NCBI GenBank assembly: GCA_964016885.1
Contig: OZ024741.1
Span: forward strand, 211,606,001 to 211,670,000
From: Eledone cirrhosa
Taxonomy: Eukaryota
Direction of reading: 5' to 3'
DNA length: 64,000 bases
Part shown: piece by piece, positions 12,701 through 25,492 of the stretch
How positions within the stretch are numbered: the first letter of the stretch is position 1
Layout of the letters: each line of letters opens with the position of its first letter
Program-made: the position numbers and the translations under genes
The notes under the pieces: model-generated
The model's input: the letters and a program-made list of their open reading frames with translations, nothing else
Told to the model about the DNA's origin: nothing
Databases searched by the model: none

Positions 12701-13662
12701 CTATAATATTCATTTGTGGCACCCTACGATGGGGGTTAATTCACCATAATAATACGAACACCTTCAGCACAACTTAATAGACTACTCTATAGTTAAAACA
12801 CTTTATGCTTTAGAAACTTTTAGAATTTTTTAGAAGTTGCGCATAACCATAAAAATTAGAGTCTATTTTGAGACACATTTCAATAGTTAGTAATAGAAAC
12901 CTCGGAGTTACCTCCCCTCATGCATTAACTCGCCTTAGCCACACACACACTTCCGGGTAGTATTCAATGTCGATTCTCGAAACGTAACAGCCTCCTGTAT
13001 TGAACTAAAGAACATCAGACTACGATTCTCTAACTGGATTGTCAATCGCTCAATATCGAATTGTCGTGGATTATGTGAGGGGCATATAATCTGAAAGATA
13101 CACTCCCCTGACTATGAAAATATCGAAGAACATGAAGTTCATAACATCCCTTCGCTGTGCATTTCCAATACTTTTAATATTTTTAATGCTTGCACTATTT
13201 TTAATGCTTATATCATTTCTCCACACACAGACTATAACAATCATATAAAGAATTTGCCACCAGATCAACCAACCTAACACTCTTGTTTACCTACCTAAGT
13301 GCTTCTACTACACGTAACTCTCTGCCACACTACATAAACAAGACGCACATGCTTGCCACACATATAACATTTGCACTATATAACCGCTTATTTTCATGTT
13401 GTATTTTAACCTGTATTTTTGATTTTTGATTGTACCTTTTAATAGGAATGTAATCTCTAAGTGTGTACTGCCACTCTAAATGCTGTAATGAATGTTGACC
13501 CACAATATTTGCATATGTTTCTGTATGTCTCTTGGGTGAAAAGGAGGTCATATAACTGTCCATTCATTAATAAATTGCTCCGAAGAATCCAAACCTCGGT
13601 TTGGAGGAAACAGTTGTAAGCACAAAAATGTTTTGAACAGTTCTTTGATTCTTATATTTCAT

Positions 13663-13732
<70 letters not shown>

Positions 13733-13767
13733 GAAAAATCAGTGATGCATCTGGACTCAGTTTATTG

Positions 13768-13857
13768 TGTGTTACAATTGTTTCGCCGGCAGGTAGTTCG
13801 AGACAGGCTCATTGTATGGATCTGTCTGATTCTAGATCTGCAGGTTCTTCAGACACA
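13768..13857 (-). ncRNA. Type I hammerhead with long stem II insert, family F
   Basis: Minus strand reads tgtgt-CTGAAGA-(~60 nt)-GAAA-caattg-TA-acaca. The tail is homologous to 38617-38658. Confidence 0.7.
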
Positions 13858-13946
13858 TGTAATACTCTCGGAACAAATTTTCTCATGGAAGCATCATAGC
13901 TACCATTAAACACACACACACTCTCACACACACACACACACAGACA

Positions 13947-14085
<139 letters not shown>

Positions 14086-14222
14086 TCTAGTATAAGTTTG
14101 ATAGATATATGCAACGTTAAGAACACTCAGTCCATAGGACGACTTAAGTATAATTAGTTACAACAGAGGCATATATGTCTTTGTTGTAATTATATAAATT
14201 ATATATATAGAGAGAGATAGAG

Positions 14223-14269
<47 letters not shown>

Positions 14270-14684
14270 GAGAGTGAGTGAGTGAGAGAGAACCTGTATA
14301 CGAATATCATTGTGTGACCCTGGTATGACCTCAGTCACACGGCTGAGAACAGCAAAAGTATGTAGGGATTTATAGGCATATAAAAAATACATTAGAACAA
14401 AGGGGACGGGCTTTTTGCTGTAATGTTGTTGAAATGGTAGCATTGCCCGCTCGACATGCATGAAAGTGTGGGTTCGAGTCCCGCAGGTGATAATATTTTA
14501 TTTTCCCGTTAAGCGCTCTTATATACTCTATCATTTAAAATATTTTTTTTATAGTGAAAAAAAATAAATATATATATCGGTGAACTTTCTAGGTTTCTCA
14601 TAAAAATTACAAGTTCTGCTCGCTCATACCTTCGAAACGCACATTGCTTAACACACACGCACACACACACACACACCATATATA

Positions 14685-14848
14685 CGAAAAGAGTCAGGAC
14701 ACCGACGGCTGAGTTCCGGCCGTTTCGAAACAGCCGGAGCTCAGCCGTATTGTCCTGACTCTTTTCCAATTACCCACTCTACTACCCTGAGTATCGAGTA
14801 CTCTGGTGCGCTATGGTCCACCTGGTTACTTACCACACCTCTAGGTTA
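14685..14848. mobile_element. Family D fold-back mini-element
   Basis: Hairpin gaaaagagtcagga...tcctgactcttttc followed by the family tail. Confidence 0.7.
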
Positions 14849-15199
14849 TATATTGTTGTTGTTGTTACAGCTCACACCTATGCAGGTTTAGCTAAGCCTC
14901 CTCCAAATTATATCTCGTTGGAGGTGTCTTGGGTGATTTTAATGATAGGAATCCTAGTCCTATCCTAAACTTAGTTATATATATATATATATATATATAT
15001 ACACGCGCAGACATACCCCCCCCCCACATATATATATATATATACACGTGCACACGTACACCCATACACACTCACACCTCGTAAAAGGGGTAACATGTCG
15101 AAACTGTTTGAGCTCACCATCGGTCCTTTAATTCACTAATCTCTCTCTGTCTGTCTGTCTCTACCCCCTCTCTTTCTCTCTCCTTCTCTCCCCTCTCCT

Positions 15200-15232
<33 letters not shown>

Positions 15233-15506
15233 GTATATATATATACTCATTATATTATATATATTGAATATTTGATAGAGTGAAAGCTGAAATGCTAAAT
15301 AATTCTAATAATAATTCTCTGTGAATGGCATGAAACTAAAATGCATTAATACAATAATTGTTATCTAATATCCTGCTGAGCGAGAGAGGGGGAGGGAGAG
15401 CGAGAGAGAGAGTTGAGATAGAGCGGGAGTGAGGAATAGAGTGTCAGAGAGAGAGAGAGAGAGGGGGAGAGATAGATAGAGAGAAATAGAGATAGATAGA
15501 TAGTGG

Positions 15507-15545
<39 letters not shown>

Positions 15546-15699
15546 TATATATATATATATAATAGATAGAGACAGATAGAGAGAGAGAGAGAAAAAAACA
15601 GAAAGAGAGGTAGAGAGTGAGATAAAGATAGAGAGAGAATGGGAGAGAAAAAGAGAGAGAGTGGGGATAGAGAATTAGATAGATAGTGAAACAGATGGA

Positions 15700-15734
<35 letters not shown>

Positions 15735-16119
15735 TGAGTGAGAGAGTGTGTATGCGTGAAAGAAAAGTTACAGTGAGTATACTGAGCAGGAAGAGTGAAT
15801 ATAGATTAAGGAAAGTCGCTTATAACATGGAAACTTTAACACACTAACAATTGCTTTGAGGAAGAAGAGGAACATTTATTAATGGTTTGCCTGGTTAAAA
15901 TACATTAATTTCTTTTGTATCTATATCAAATGTTGACCTAGACGAAATTATCCAATTTTCTCCTTTACATTTTTTTGGGGTGGGGATGTGTGGAGAGGGT
16001 TAGAGTTAGGGTTAGGAGCATCGAAAAAAGATGAAGTCAATATCAATCTTGTACTACAGCCACAAAAACAAATAATTGAAAGAGAAGAAGCAGCGACGAC
16101 AATGCCAGTTTGTGGGTAT

Positions 16120-16147
16120 AATGATAATAATAAAACTACTACTGCTG

Positions 16148-16210
<63 letters not shown>

Positions 16211-16290
16211 ATAATAATAATAATAATATTAATAATAATAATAATAATAAGGATAATAATAAAAATAAAAGTAATAATAATAGGAAAAAT
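16120..16290. repeat. (TAC)n/(AAT)n trinucleotide repeats
   Basis: Direct inspection. Confidence 0.9.
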
Positions 16291-16773
16291 ATGAAGAAGA
16301 GTGGATCGTAATAATAGTAATATAAAATTACAGTTAATTAAAATGGCGGACGATGTAGATGGAAAATATATATTTCCATACAAAACAAATCCAGTAGGAT
16401 TCGCTTTCAGGAAAAGCGACAATCATCATTTCCAGACAATTTGCTTCGATGATCAAATAGTTGGTATATATTCAAAGAAATCACTGTCTGCGTGACTTGA
16501 TATTGGCATAATGCGATGGAATCGATTAGTATCATGACAGAGAGGCCACAGACTTTAAGCGAAATACGATATCACACACACTATAGGTTTAATTCTCCCC
16601 ACTTATTACATTTGCAATAGCGGCCATTTTATATATATATATATATACCTTTATATATATATATACCTTTTTTCTCGATGAACGTTGCTATTACAAATTA
16701 TATTGTAGTTGATTTACATCTGTTTTCACGAACATATCATCATCTCTGAATTGGAATGGATTGTATGTTTTTG

Positions 16774-16859
<86 letters not shown>

Positions 16860-16868
16860 AATCTACAT

Positions 16869-16961
<93 letters not shown>

Positions 16962-17019
16962 TTATATTTAGGTATAATTATAAATTCAGCGAGAATCGCA
17001 TTTCGGGGTCCTACATGTT

Positions 17020-17061
<42 letters not shown>

Positions 17062-17111
17062 CATATATATATATACATATATTTATATATATATATATAT
17101 ATATATATAGA

Positions 17112-17157
<46 letters not shown>

Positions 17158-17159
<2 letters not shown>

Positions 17160-17562
17160 CGAAGGAAATGTGGTAAGGAACCAGGTGGACCATAACGCAC
17201 CAAAGTACTCAATACTTAGGGTAGTAGAGTGGGTAATAGGAACAAGTAAGACCCCAACGTAGTCCAGAATTAGTCGTGGAAACGGCTTGAGCTCAGACGT
17301 CGGGGTCTTGCTTGTTCCTATATATATATATACACTGTATATATATATATATAAATATATGTATATACATATATGAATATATATATATATATAGGAACAT
17401 GTAGGCCGTCGACGGCTATTTCTGGATCAGAAATTGCTGTCGAAACGGCTTGAGCTCTGCCGTCGGGTCATACCTTTTCCTATTACTTCCTCTACTACCC
17501 TAAGTATTGAGTACTCTGGTGCGTTACAGTCCATCTGGTTCCTTACCACAACTCCCTCGTTT
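17158..17562. mobile_element. Two family D mini-elements in opposite orientation (17158-17320, 17392-17562)
   Basis: Shared motif gtggtaaggaaccaggtggaccataacgcacc and gtcgaaacggcttgagctc; separated and flanked by (TA)n. Confidence 0.75.
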
Positions 17563-17607
<45 letters not shown>

Positions 17608-17638
17608 GTGTGTGTGTGTGTGTGTGCGCTCGTGTATG

Positions 17639-17741
<103 letters not shown>

Positions 17742-17753
17742 GCATATACATAT

Positions 17754-17789
<36 letters not shown>

Positions 17790-17816
17790 GTCTGTGTAGG
17801 TATATATATATGTATA

Positions 17817-17875
<59 letters not shown>

Positions 17876-18120
17876 CACACGCATATACATATATATATAC
17901 ACACACACATATATATATACAGGCACACACACATATATATATATGTATGTATATATATATATATATATATAATATCATCAATACAATTACATAGATATAT
18001 CTATACACATATTCAAAAATATACATAGTTTTATATATACCTCGCTCTTTGTATATATATCCCTCGATATATGTATCTCTCTCTCTCAATATCTCTATCT
18101 CTCTCTCTCTTTCTATATAA

Positions 18121-18157
<37 letters not shown>

Positions 18158-18399
18158 ATGTTATATCAATATATGTATATACATTCTGGTTAACTATGTC
18201 TGCGCCAATGTTGTTAACATATAAACATGCCAAAACATACGAATTTCTCTGTAAATTGAAAACAGTTTTAAACACCTTTATTATGTTGATCATACTAAAC
18301 GAAATAAATTTGAATTTCTCCACTTTGGAAAAGAGGATGCACAGAAATGACCCTATTGTCTTCGCTCAAGTGAAATCCTCGTGGCACTCAATTGTTGAT

Positions 18400-19130
18400 A
18401 ACCATTGAAGCTGTAGTACTCAAACTATAAAAAGTTGACATGGCCTGCATGATATTTTCTTGGAATCATTAACTTCTCTAGTTGTGAGATACTCATATCA
18501 TCACTCTTCTCTATCTTGGTTCAGCTCCATTTTGAATAATGTTTTCTAATGTGGTCTTCAACAAAGTAGAATGAAAACTGAAGCGCCTCAGAAAGTCAAT
18601 TCCCCCAAAAGATAGACGGCATGACAGACAGAGCTCCCTTATTGGGGACGACGAAACAAAAACAAAAAAAACACTCAAAGTCTATTCGCTCCAACCTCAT
18701 CGTGTGGAAGTTATTCCACCATGTTGTCCAAATGATGTTAACATCACCACTAATATCCACCCACGTCTTGGTACCCGTGGTATCTGTTCACTACAAATAT
18801 CGAACAGGCATCTCATAACAGCAATACGGAACAATTATATCCCAACTAATATATATCATTAATATGATACCAAAATCGAACAAAACAGAAACAGATCCCA
18901 TAAAATTCAAAATGTTCCTGAACAAATTCCTCCATTAAATACCAGATAAACAGTTATTGTTTTCGAAGACACGTGGATATGCCTCCGAAAGCAATAACCC
19001 TGTATAAGTGTGGATCATGGCATCAAAAACATGACAAGGGTATCATTCATGATCTGAAATCCTTAGCGAAGTTGTGTATGCGAATAAGATATTGCCTGAA
19101 CCAATATTGGCCGAAACCAAAAGTTATAAA
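18400..19130 (+). pseudogene. Highly decayed CR1/L2-like LINE 3' RT remnant
   Basis: Residual patches such as KVYSLQ (~18678) and FKMFLNKFL.*IPDK (~18906) resemble CR1-group C-termini; many disruptions. Confidence 0.4.
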
Positions 19131-19419
19131 AGGAGATATGGGAGTCAATTCAATTCCTCATAGTGGCCGGTGGCACCTACGTTTTCCGTATTTATTGTCT
19201 TCACTCTATTTCATAAACTATTTCATAGTGCCCCCACCACCACCACCACCACCACCACCACGCATGAGCACACCCCACACTTCATATGTATATGAGCTAG
19301 AGACGAACCACACCAATCTTAGCCCTAAACAAATGAACACATATATACATGAGAATATATTTTGGAAATACGAACCTTCAGATATAACTGTCTTCTTTTA
19401 ACTAATATAGTTAACCCCC

Positions 19420-19770
19420 TTATAATACGAGAATGCTGAGGGTGGCTCTGAACTGTGAGTATACACTGAGGATGAAGAGCTGTACGGGAGCCTCCCAAAA
19501 GTCATCTCGAAAGTGGCACAGAGGAGACTGAGGTTAACTGGACATGCTCACCGACATCCAGAGTTGACGCTGCACTCAGTGCTCCCGTGGGAGCTCTTGC
19601 ACGGACACACTAGACGAGGGAGACCGAGGTTGACATTTATTGATGCACTAAGGACAGACACCAGTCTCTTGGAGACGCAGGACATGGCGGCGATGATGAG
19701 GGACAGAGACCGCTAGAGAGAACTCGTCCATGGATCTTGGGAATTTTACCCGCCCTAGATAGATAGACAT
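19420..19770 (+). mobile_element. RTE-clade LINE 3' fragment
   Basis: RRLRLTGHAHRH...RRGRPRLTFID...RDR(W) C-terminal RTE signature, ending in a short (GATA)n. Confidence 0.8.
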
Positions 19771-20232
19771 GATTTTCCTAATATTTTGTTTATTTCTTCG
19801 TCTATTTCAGACGATATTTTGATAGTTTTATACATATGCACTCCTTTAACTACAGTCATCGCTGAATGACCTGTCTAATAGGCGACCAATAGACTAGAGT
19901 ATTTTGTGTCGGTCCTTGATTGTACCTACCCTCCCTCACCATCTCTAGAACATCTAACAGCACTCGGGGGCTGTCTTTTCACAGTACAACAGTTTTTATA
20001 CAGGCAGTCCCCGTGTGAAATTGTAATTTTCATTTTCCTCTTGTTTTTTCCCTATCTCCCATGATAAGTTAGGGTTTAACAAAACCCAGTTATGTAATTA
20101 TGTCAAAGTCACCTGAGATCGTCCTGTGTTGTATCATAATTGGATGATGGAGCTGAGCCACTGAAATATGTATAGTGGTATGACGGAATAAAAATTTTAA
20201 AGCATATCTTACAGTCCGGCCTTCTGTTGTCG

Positions 20233-20294
<62 letters not shown>

Positions 20295-20353
20295 CAAGGC
20301 TCTGATACAATCAACACCATAAACACAGAGCTGGCATACCTAAGAACTGACTA

Positions 20354-20409
20354 ACTGCCTGATGAGGTCATAACCACTCAATGGCTATCATCGAAATATA
20401 TACGGCAGT
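20354..20409 (+). ncRNA. Degenerate hammerhead motif
   Basis: actgc-CTGATGA-ggtcataacca ctcaa tggctatcatc-GAAA-tatatacg-gcagt followed by AATAAA. The cleavage triplet register is imperfect. Confidence 0.5.
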
Positions 20410-20450
20410 AAATAAAGGATTATGAGTTCATGCAATTGATTTATGTTTCG

Positions 20451-20513
<63 letters not shown>

Positions 20514-20519
20514 ATAATA

Positions 20520-20677
20520 ATTGTTTCTACTTTTGGCACAAGGCCAGCAATTATCCCAGTGTATTGCTGGTACTTTATTTTATCGACCCCGTAAGGATGA
20601 AAGGCAAAGTTAACCTCGGCGGGACTTGAACTCAAACCATAAAGGGCCGTAACTCTTTGCTGCAAAGCATGGCGTGA
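20520..20677 (-). mobile_element. tRNA-derived SINE, 5'-truncated
   Basis: Same core as 4355-4541. Confidence 0.75.
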
Positions 20678-20906
20678 AGACTAAAATCTGAAAAGGATTC
20701 AATAGGGATATATAAATATATAAAGGATATATATAAATATATAAAACCATTCTCACTCTCACAGGTATACAGTAGCATATGCATAGCATTATCACCATTT
20801 CCCACCACCGATTTTGTAGAAATGAAAGGCAAAGGTTGATACAGCTTGGCACCAGATACGCTGCAACTAGGTGAACTGGAGCAATGTGAAATGAAGAGTT
20901 TTATAA

Positions 20907-20907
<1 letters not shown>

Positions 20908-20984
<77 letters not shown>

Positions 20985-21135
20985 GTGTATACATCACAAA
21001 GAAAGTGTGTTAAGAAACTAGGTGGACCATAACGCACCAGAGTACTCGATACTTAGGGTAGTAGCGTTTGGATCTAGCTGTCGTACCGGCCGGAGCTCAG
21101 CCGTCGGGGTCCTGACACTTTTCCTATGTTATACA
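20908..21135. mobile_element. (TCTA)n plus rearranged family D element; inverted duplicate of 25080-25278
   Basis: 20983-21135 is the near-exact reverse complement of 25080-25235. Confidence 0.85.
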
Positions 21136-21199
21136 TACATATATCTTAGGTATTGAGAATGAGCACAGTCCACAGATCAGGTCATAACAGATTTTATTT

Positions 21200-21500
21200 G
21201 ATGGGGAGAGTGAGATGAGAGAGAAGAGAGAGAAGAGGGAGAGGAGAGAGGGAGAGAGAGGGTGGGGGTAGAGTGTGAGGAGAGAGAGGGAAGAGTAAGA
21301 GGTGAGGGAGAGAAGAGTGAGAGGAGAGAGGAAAGAGAAAGAGAAGAGTGAGAGGTGAGGGAGAGAAGAGTGAGAGGTGAGGAGAGAGGAGAGAGAAAGA
21401 AGAGTGAGAGGAGAAAGAGAGGAGAGAGGAGAGAGAGGAGAGTGTGAAGAGAGAGAAGAGTGAGAGGAGAGGGAGAGGAGAGAGAGGGAGACAGAGACCT
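21200..21500. repeat. Purine-rich (GA-type) low-complexity tract
   Basis: Direct inspection. Confidence 0.85.
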
Positions 21501-22176
21501 GACAATGAAACATAGATGTAGAACAGAACTCTGTACTAGACTGGCACTTAATATATCTGGAAAGGAGGAATGGCAGAGCTTACCTCGGTGGGATTTGAAC
21601 TCAAGTACGAATACAGCAAAGCGTTCTATAACACGTTTTTAGGATTCTGCCAATTCGCCGTCTTCCATTACTATGACAAATACTAATTTATAAAGACTGG
21701 TCGATATAAATTTCTAGTTTACGAAATGTATTCATGAAATATCTACCTCAATGGTTTCGCTCTCGTCTGGTAATTCGGTCTCAAATTCCCCGGAACTCAA
21801 TAGGCGGAAGAACCCTATCAAATAATTTGCTCTCAGTTTCCCAGAATGCAATGGGCGGAAGAACCCTATCAAAAACTAATCTCTCTTCATTTTGTTGTGT
21901 GAACAGCTTATTCTCACTTTCACTCTATACTATCAAAAGTTTTTTTATTTCGAAATATTCGACCAGCACCACACACATATATATAGATATATAGATATAT
22001 ATATACTCTTATATACATAAAGTCATATTTATATACATACACATCATATATAATATATATACATACATGCACATACACACCCATTCATATATATAGAGAG
22101 AGAGACACATACACAATACATACACATTATATATATATAATATGTATGTATATGTCTCTCTCTCTATAAGTGTGTG

Positions 22177-22254
<78 letters not shown>

Positions 22255-23329
22255 GTGTATGTATATGAATATATTTGTTGATATGTATAAGACTATATAT
22301 ACATATATACACACACACATACAAACATACGCATCTATGTACGAATATATGTATGTAAGTATGTATGTATGTACGTACGTATGTATGTAAGTATGTATGT
22401 GTGTACGTGTGCATGTAAGTATGTACGTAAGTATGGATGTATGTATGTAAGTATGTATGTATGTATGTGTGTACGTATGTATGTAATATGTATGTAAGTA
22501 TGTATGTATATATGTACATATATACCCACACCTACTAATGTATATATCTATATATCTAAGAGGCAACTGTTGATATACATAAACTATGTGATATTTGGCA
22601 GCACCTACTTGTTGTTCCGTTGTATTTATTAGCGAAATAAAGTCAATAAGATTTCGGGTTTCGGTTCAAGTGAAGTCGTTTTTATCCGTTATTTACTCAC
22701 ATTATACCGTAATTCTTCTCCGTTGCTTTATTTTTCAGTCCTTTTATTCATCCTCATACTTTTATTTCAACAGATCATCATCCCAGTTTGTTTTTTGTTT
22801 TGTTTTCTATTACTTTATTTTATTTCATTATTCCATTCCTGATTTTCTCTATATTCTGTCCTATCTCCGTTATTGCAATTGAATGCGAATTACTGATGCA
22901 TTCATTCGATAACAAGGGCTCCGGAATTCAGCGATTAATCTTCATTGATAACTGCTTCAACCAATCAGAGATCTAACTGCGCCACTGAGACCACAGTAGT
23001 CTCTGTCGTTTCCGATTGCTCTTTCACCTTGTATATACATCTTCCAAGTTAGAAATCCTATTCAATGAAACGAAGACATAATCCCTTTTTCAATTCACTC
23101 TAAATTGCTTCCCTTGATCGCCTTTATTTTTTGAAAATCACATTTTAAAGTACAAGATTGTCATTCTCAAGAGAGTTGCTCTTTTGTTGCTGATGTTGTT
23201 ATTGTAGTTTCTGTTGTATTGTTTTGTTATTATTTATGCGTTCTTCTTGTTTGCAGAGGTAGTGTTGTTGTCATTGCTGTTGGCATCTGTAATGTTGTTG
23301 TTGCTGTCGACATACGTAATGTTGTTGTT

Positions 23330-24450
23330 GCTGTTGTTGCTGTTGTTATTTAGCCCAAGGTCATCCGTCATTCTATTGAAAGACATTCCACTATTGCTCA
23401 TTCAATTCTACCATTTTCTATATATATCAAAGTTTACGTCGCTCAAAGTATTATTTTTATTGAGGAAAGTGAAGTGCTATTTCAGAAGGATTCCTCTGGC
23501 ATTTCTAGCAGATCCAATGATGTTCAGTTACAAGACATGTTCCAAGACATGTTCCCCATTTGAATCCATGCATTTTGTTAGAAGTAAAGAGATTTTACAA
23601 ACAGATCAACGAATGACACTTATTTCTTTCCTAATGTTCTTCTTTAGTCCAGTAATGGTGGATTTATTGACATAACCTATCCTCCAGACAGTCCCAAAGA
23701 AAGAAATCTGGGGAAAGGGCGGGTGTCTAATTAGGGCCCCGTGGGGCCCACTGAAAATAGTCTGCAAACTGATCCCAAGATTTCCAAAATTTTTGATAGG
23801 GTTCCCAGTGACGCCTACCTCTTGATATTAACTAAAATTAAACCTGGGAAAACAGTTTGTCCCCAGCTCTGCGACACTGGCGTAATGTCCTCTACCAAAT
23901 GATATCTGATAGCCATGTCAGGCCTTGCTATATCACTCTGCTGGTTATATGATCTCTCCTGCTGATGTTAAAGTTTCATCTCAATAGCTTAGTATATAAT
24001 CCATATATTTTTATTTCTAGGTTTCCTGTTATGGTCCAAGTTCCTGCGATGTATATCAGAAAACTTTCTACATATACCTTGAGAATTCTAAGTTTCAGTT
24101 TTCTGTTCCTGTTAGACTTCCCTGTTTTGTCTAGCTGATTTATTGCAGCCCATGTCAGTCCTTTCCTTACTTTAAAATGACCCTTCCTTTCTGGAACATG
24201 AATGGCTCAATATTTAAATCGATTCACCGTCAGATAATTAATGATTTGACTAGTTCAGGATTTTACTTCAGTTTTGTTAGCCAACTATATATGCTGCGTG
24301 TTCAACACAATGAAATAGACTTTCAGCTAACTTGTAATGACCACTGTGATGTCATCAACATAAGTCAAACCATTTAGTCGGGTCTCCGTTTACCATGCCC
24401 CCATCCCTCCTGGGTTTTACTACAATGTCTACCACTAGCAAATATTCTAA
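23330..24450 (-). pseudogene. Decayed RTE-like LINE (RT C-terminal half) with CAA-rich tail
   Basis: Minus strand ~23980-24170 reads roughly VRKGLTWAAINQLDK..KSNRNRKLKLRILKVYVESFLIYIAGTWTIT...YTKLLR; multiple disruptions. Confidence 0.55.
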
Positions 24451-24602
24451 ATGATTCTTTCAATGACTAATCCAAAGCAATAATGAACAAAAATGAAGGT
24501 AATGCATCACATTGAAATACACACACGCACACACGCACGCATGCGTACACATATATATATATATATGCATATATACATATATATATATGTGTGCCTGTGT
24601 GC

Positions 24603-24648
<46 letters not shown>

Positions 24649-24702
24649 GCGTACACATATATATATGCATATATACATATATATATATATATGTGTGCGT
24701 GT

Positions 24703-24772
<70 letters not shown>

Positions 24773-24837
24773 AACTTAAGCCAACATTTCCTTTTGGCGG
24801 GGATACAAGTCAAATAAGATAAAAAAAAGTCAATTTC

Positions 24838-25080
<243 letters not shown>

Positions 25081-25244
25081 ATGTATAACATAGGAAAAGT
25101 GTCAGGACCCCGACGGCTGAGCTCCGGCCGGTACGGCAGCTAGATCCAAACGCTACTACCCTAAGTATCGAGTACTCTGGTGCGTTATGGTCCACCTAGT
25201 TTCTTAACACACTTTCTTTGTGATGTATACACATAGATAGATAA

Positions 25245-25278
<34 letters not shown>

Positions 25279-25492
25279 TTCTTTATTTACCATAAAGGCA
25301 TAAAAAGAAGGGACAAATACAAAGGGGGAGTTTACATATAATCGAGTAAAAAGGGTGTAACATGAAAATAATCGAAAATAACCTCAAAAGGGAGGGGACG
25401 TGATGGGGGTTGCACACACCCCCGAAAAAGTGTGCAATCCTTTGCCCGGGGAGCACATGGAGAAGGTGCTCTCCTCTCCTTTACTTCTTTAC

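Noticed and set aside
12911-13090. Minus-strand segment with acceptor- and donor-like ends
   Set aside because: Stop codons in all three frames
14440-14490. tRNA-like B box ggttcgagtccc
   Set aside because: No cloverleaf could be folded; likely a decayed SINE head
15997-16017. TTAGGG-like motifs
   Set aside because: Only two or three imperfect units, so not a telomeric array
16411-16463. Short plus-strand segment between tttcag and gtatat
   Set aside because: Weak donor, only ~17 codons and no recognisable homology
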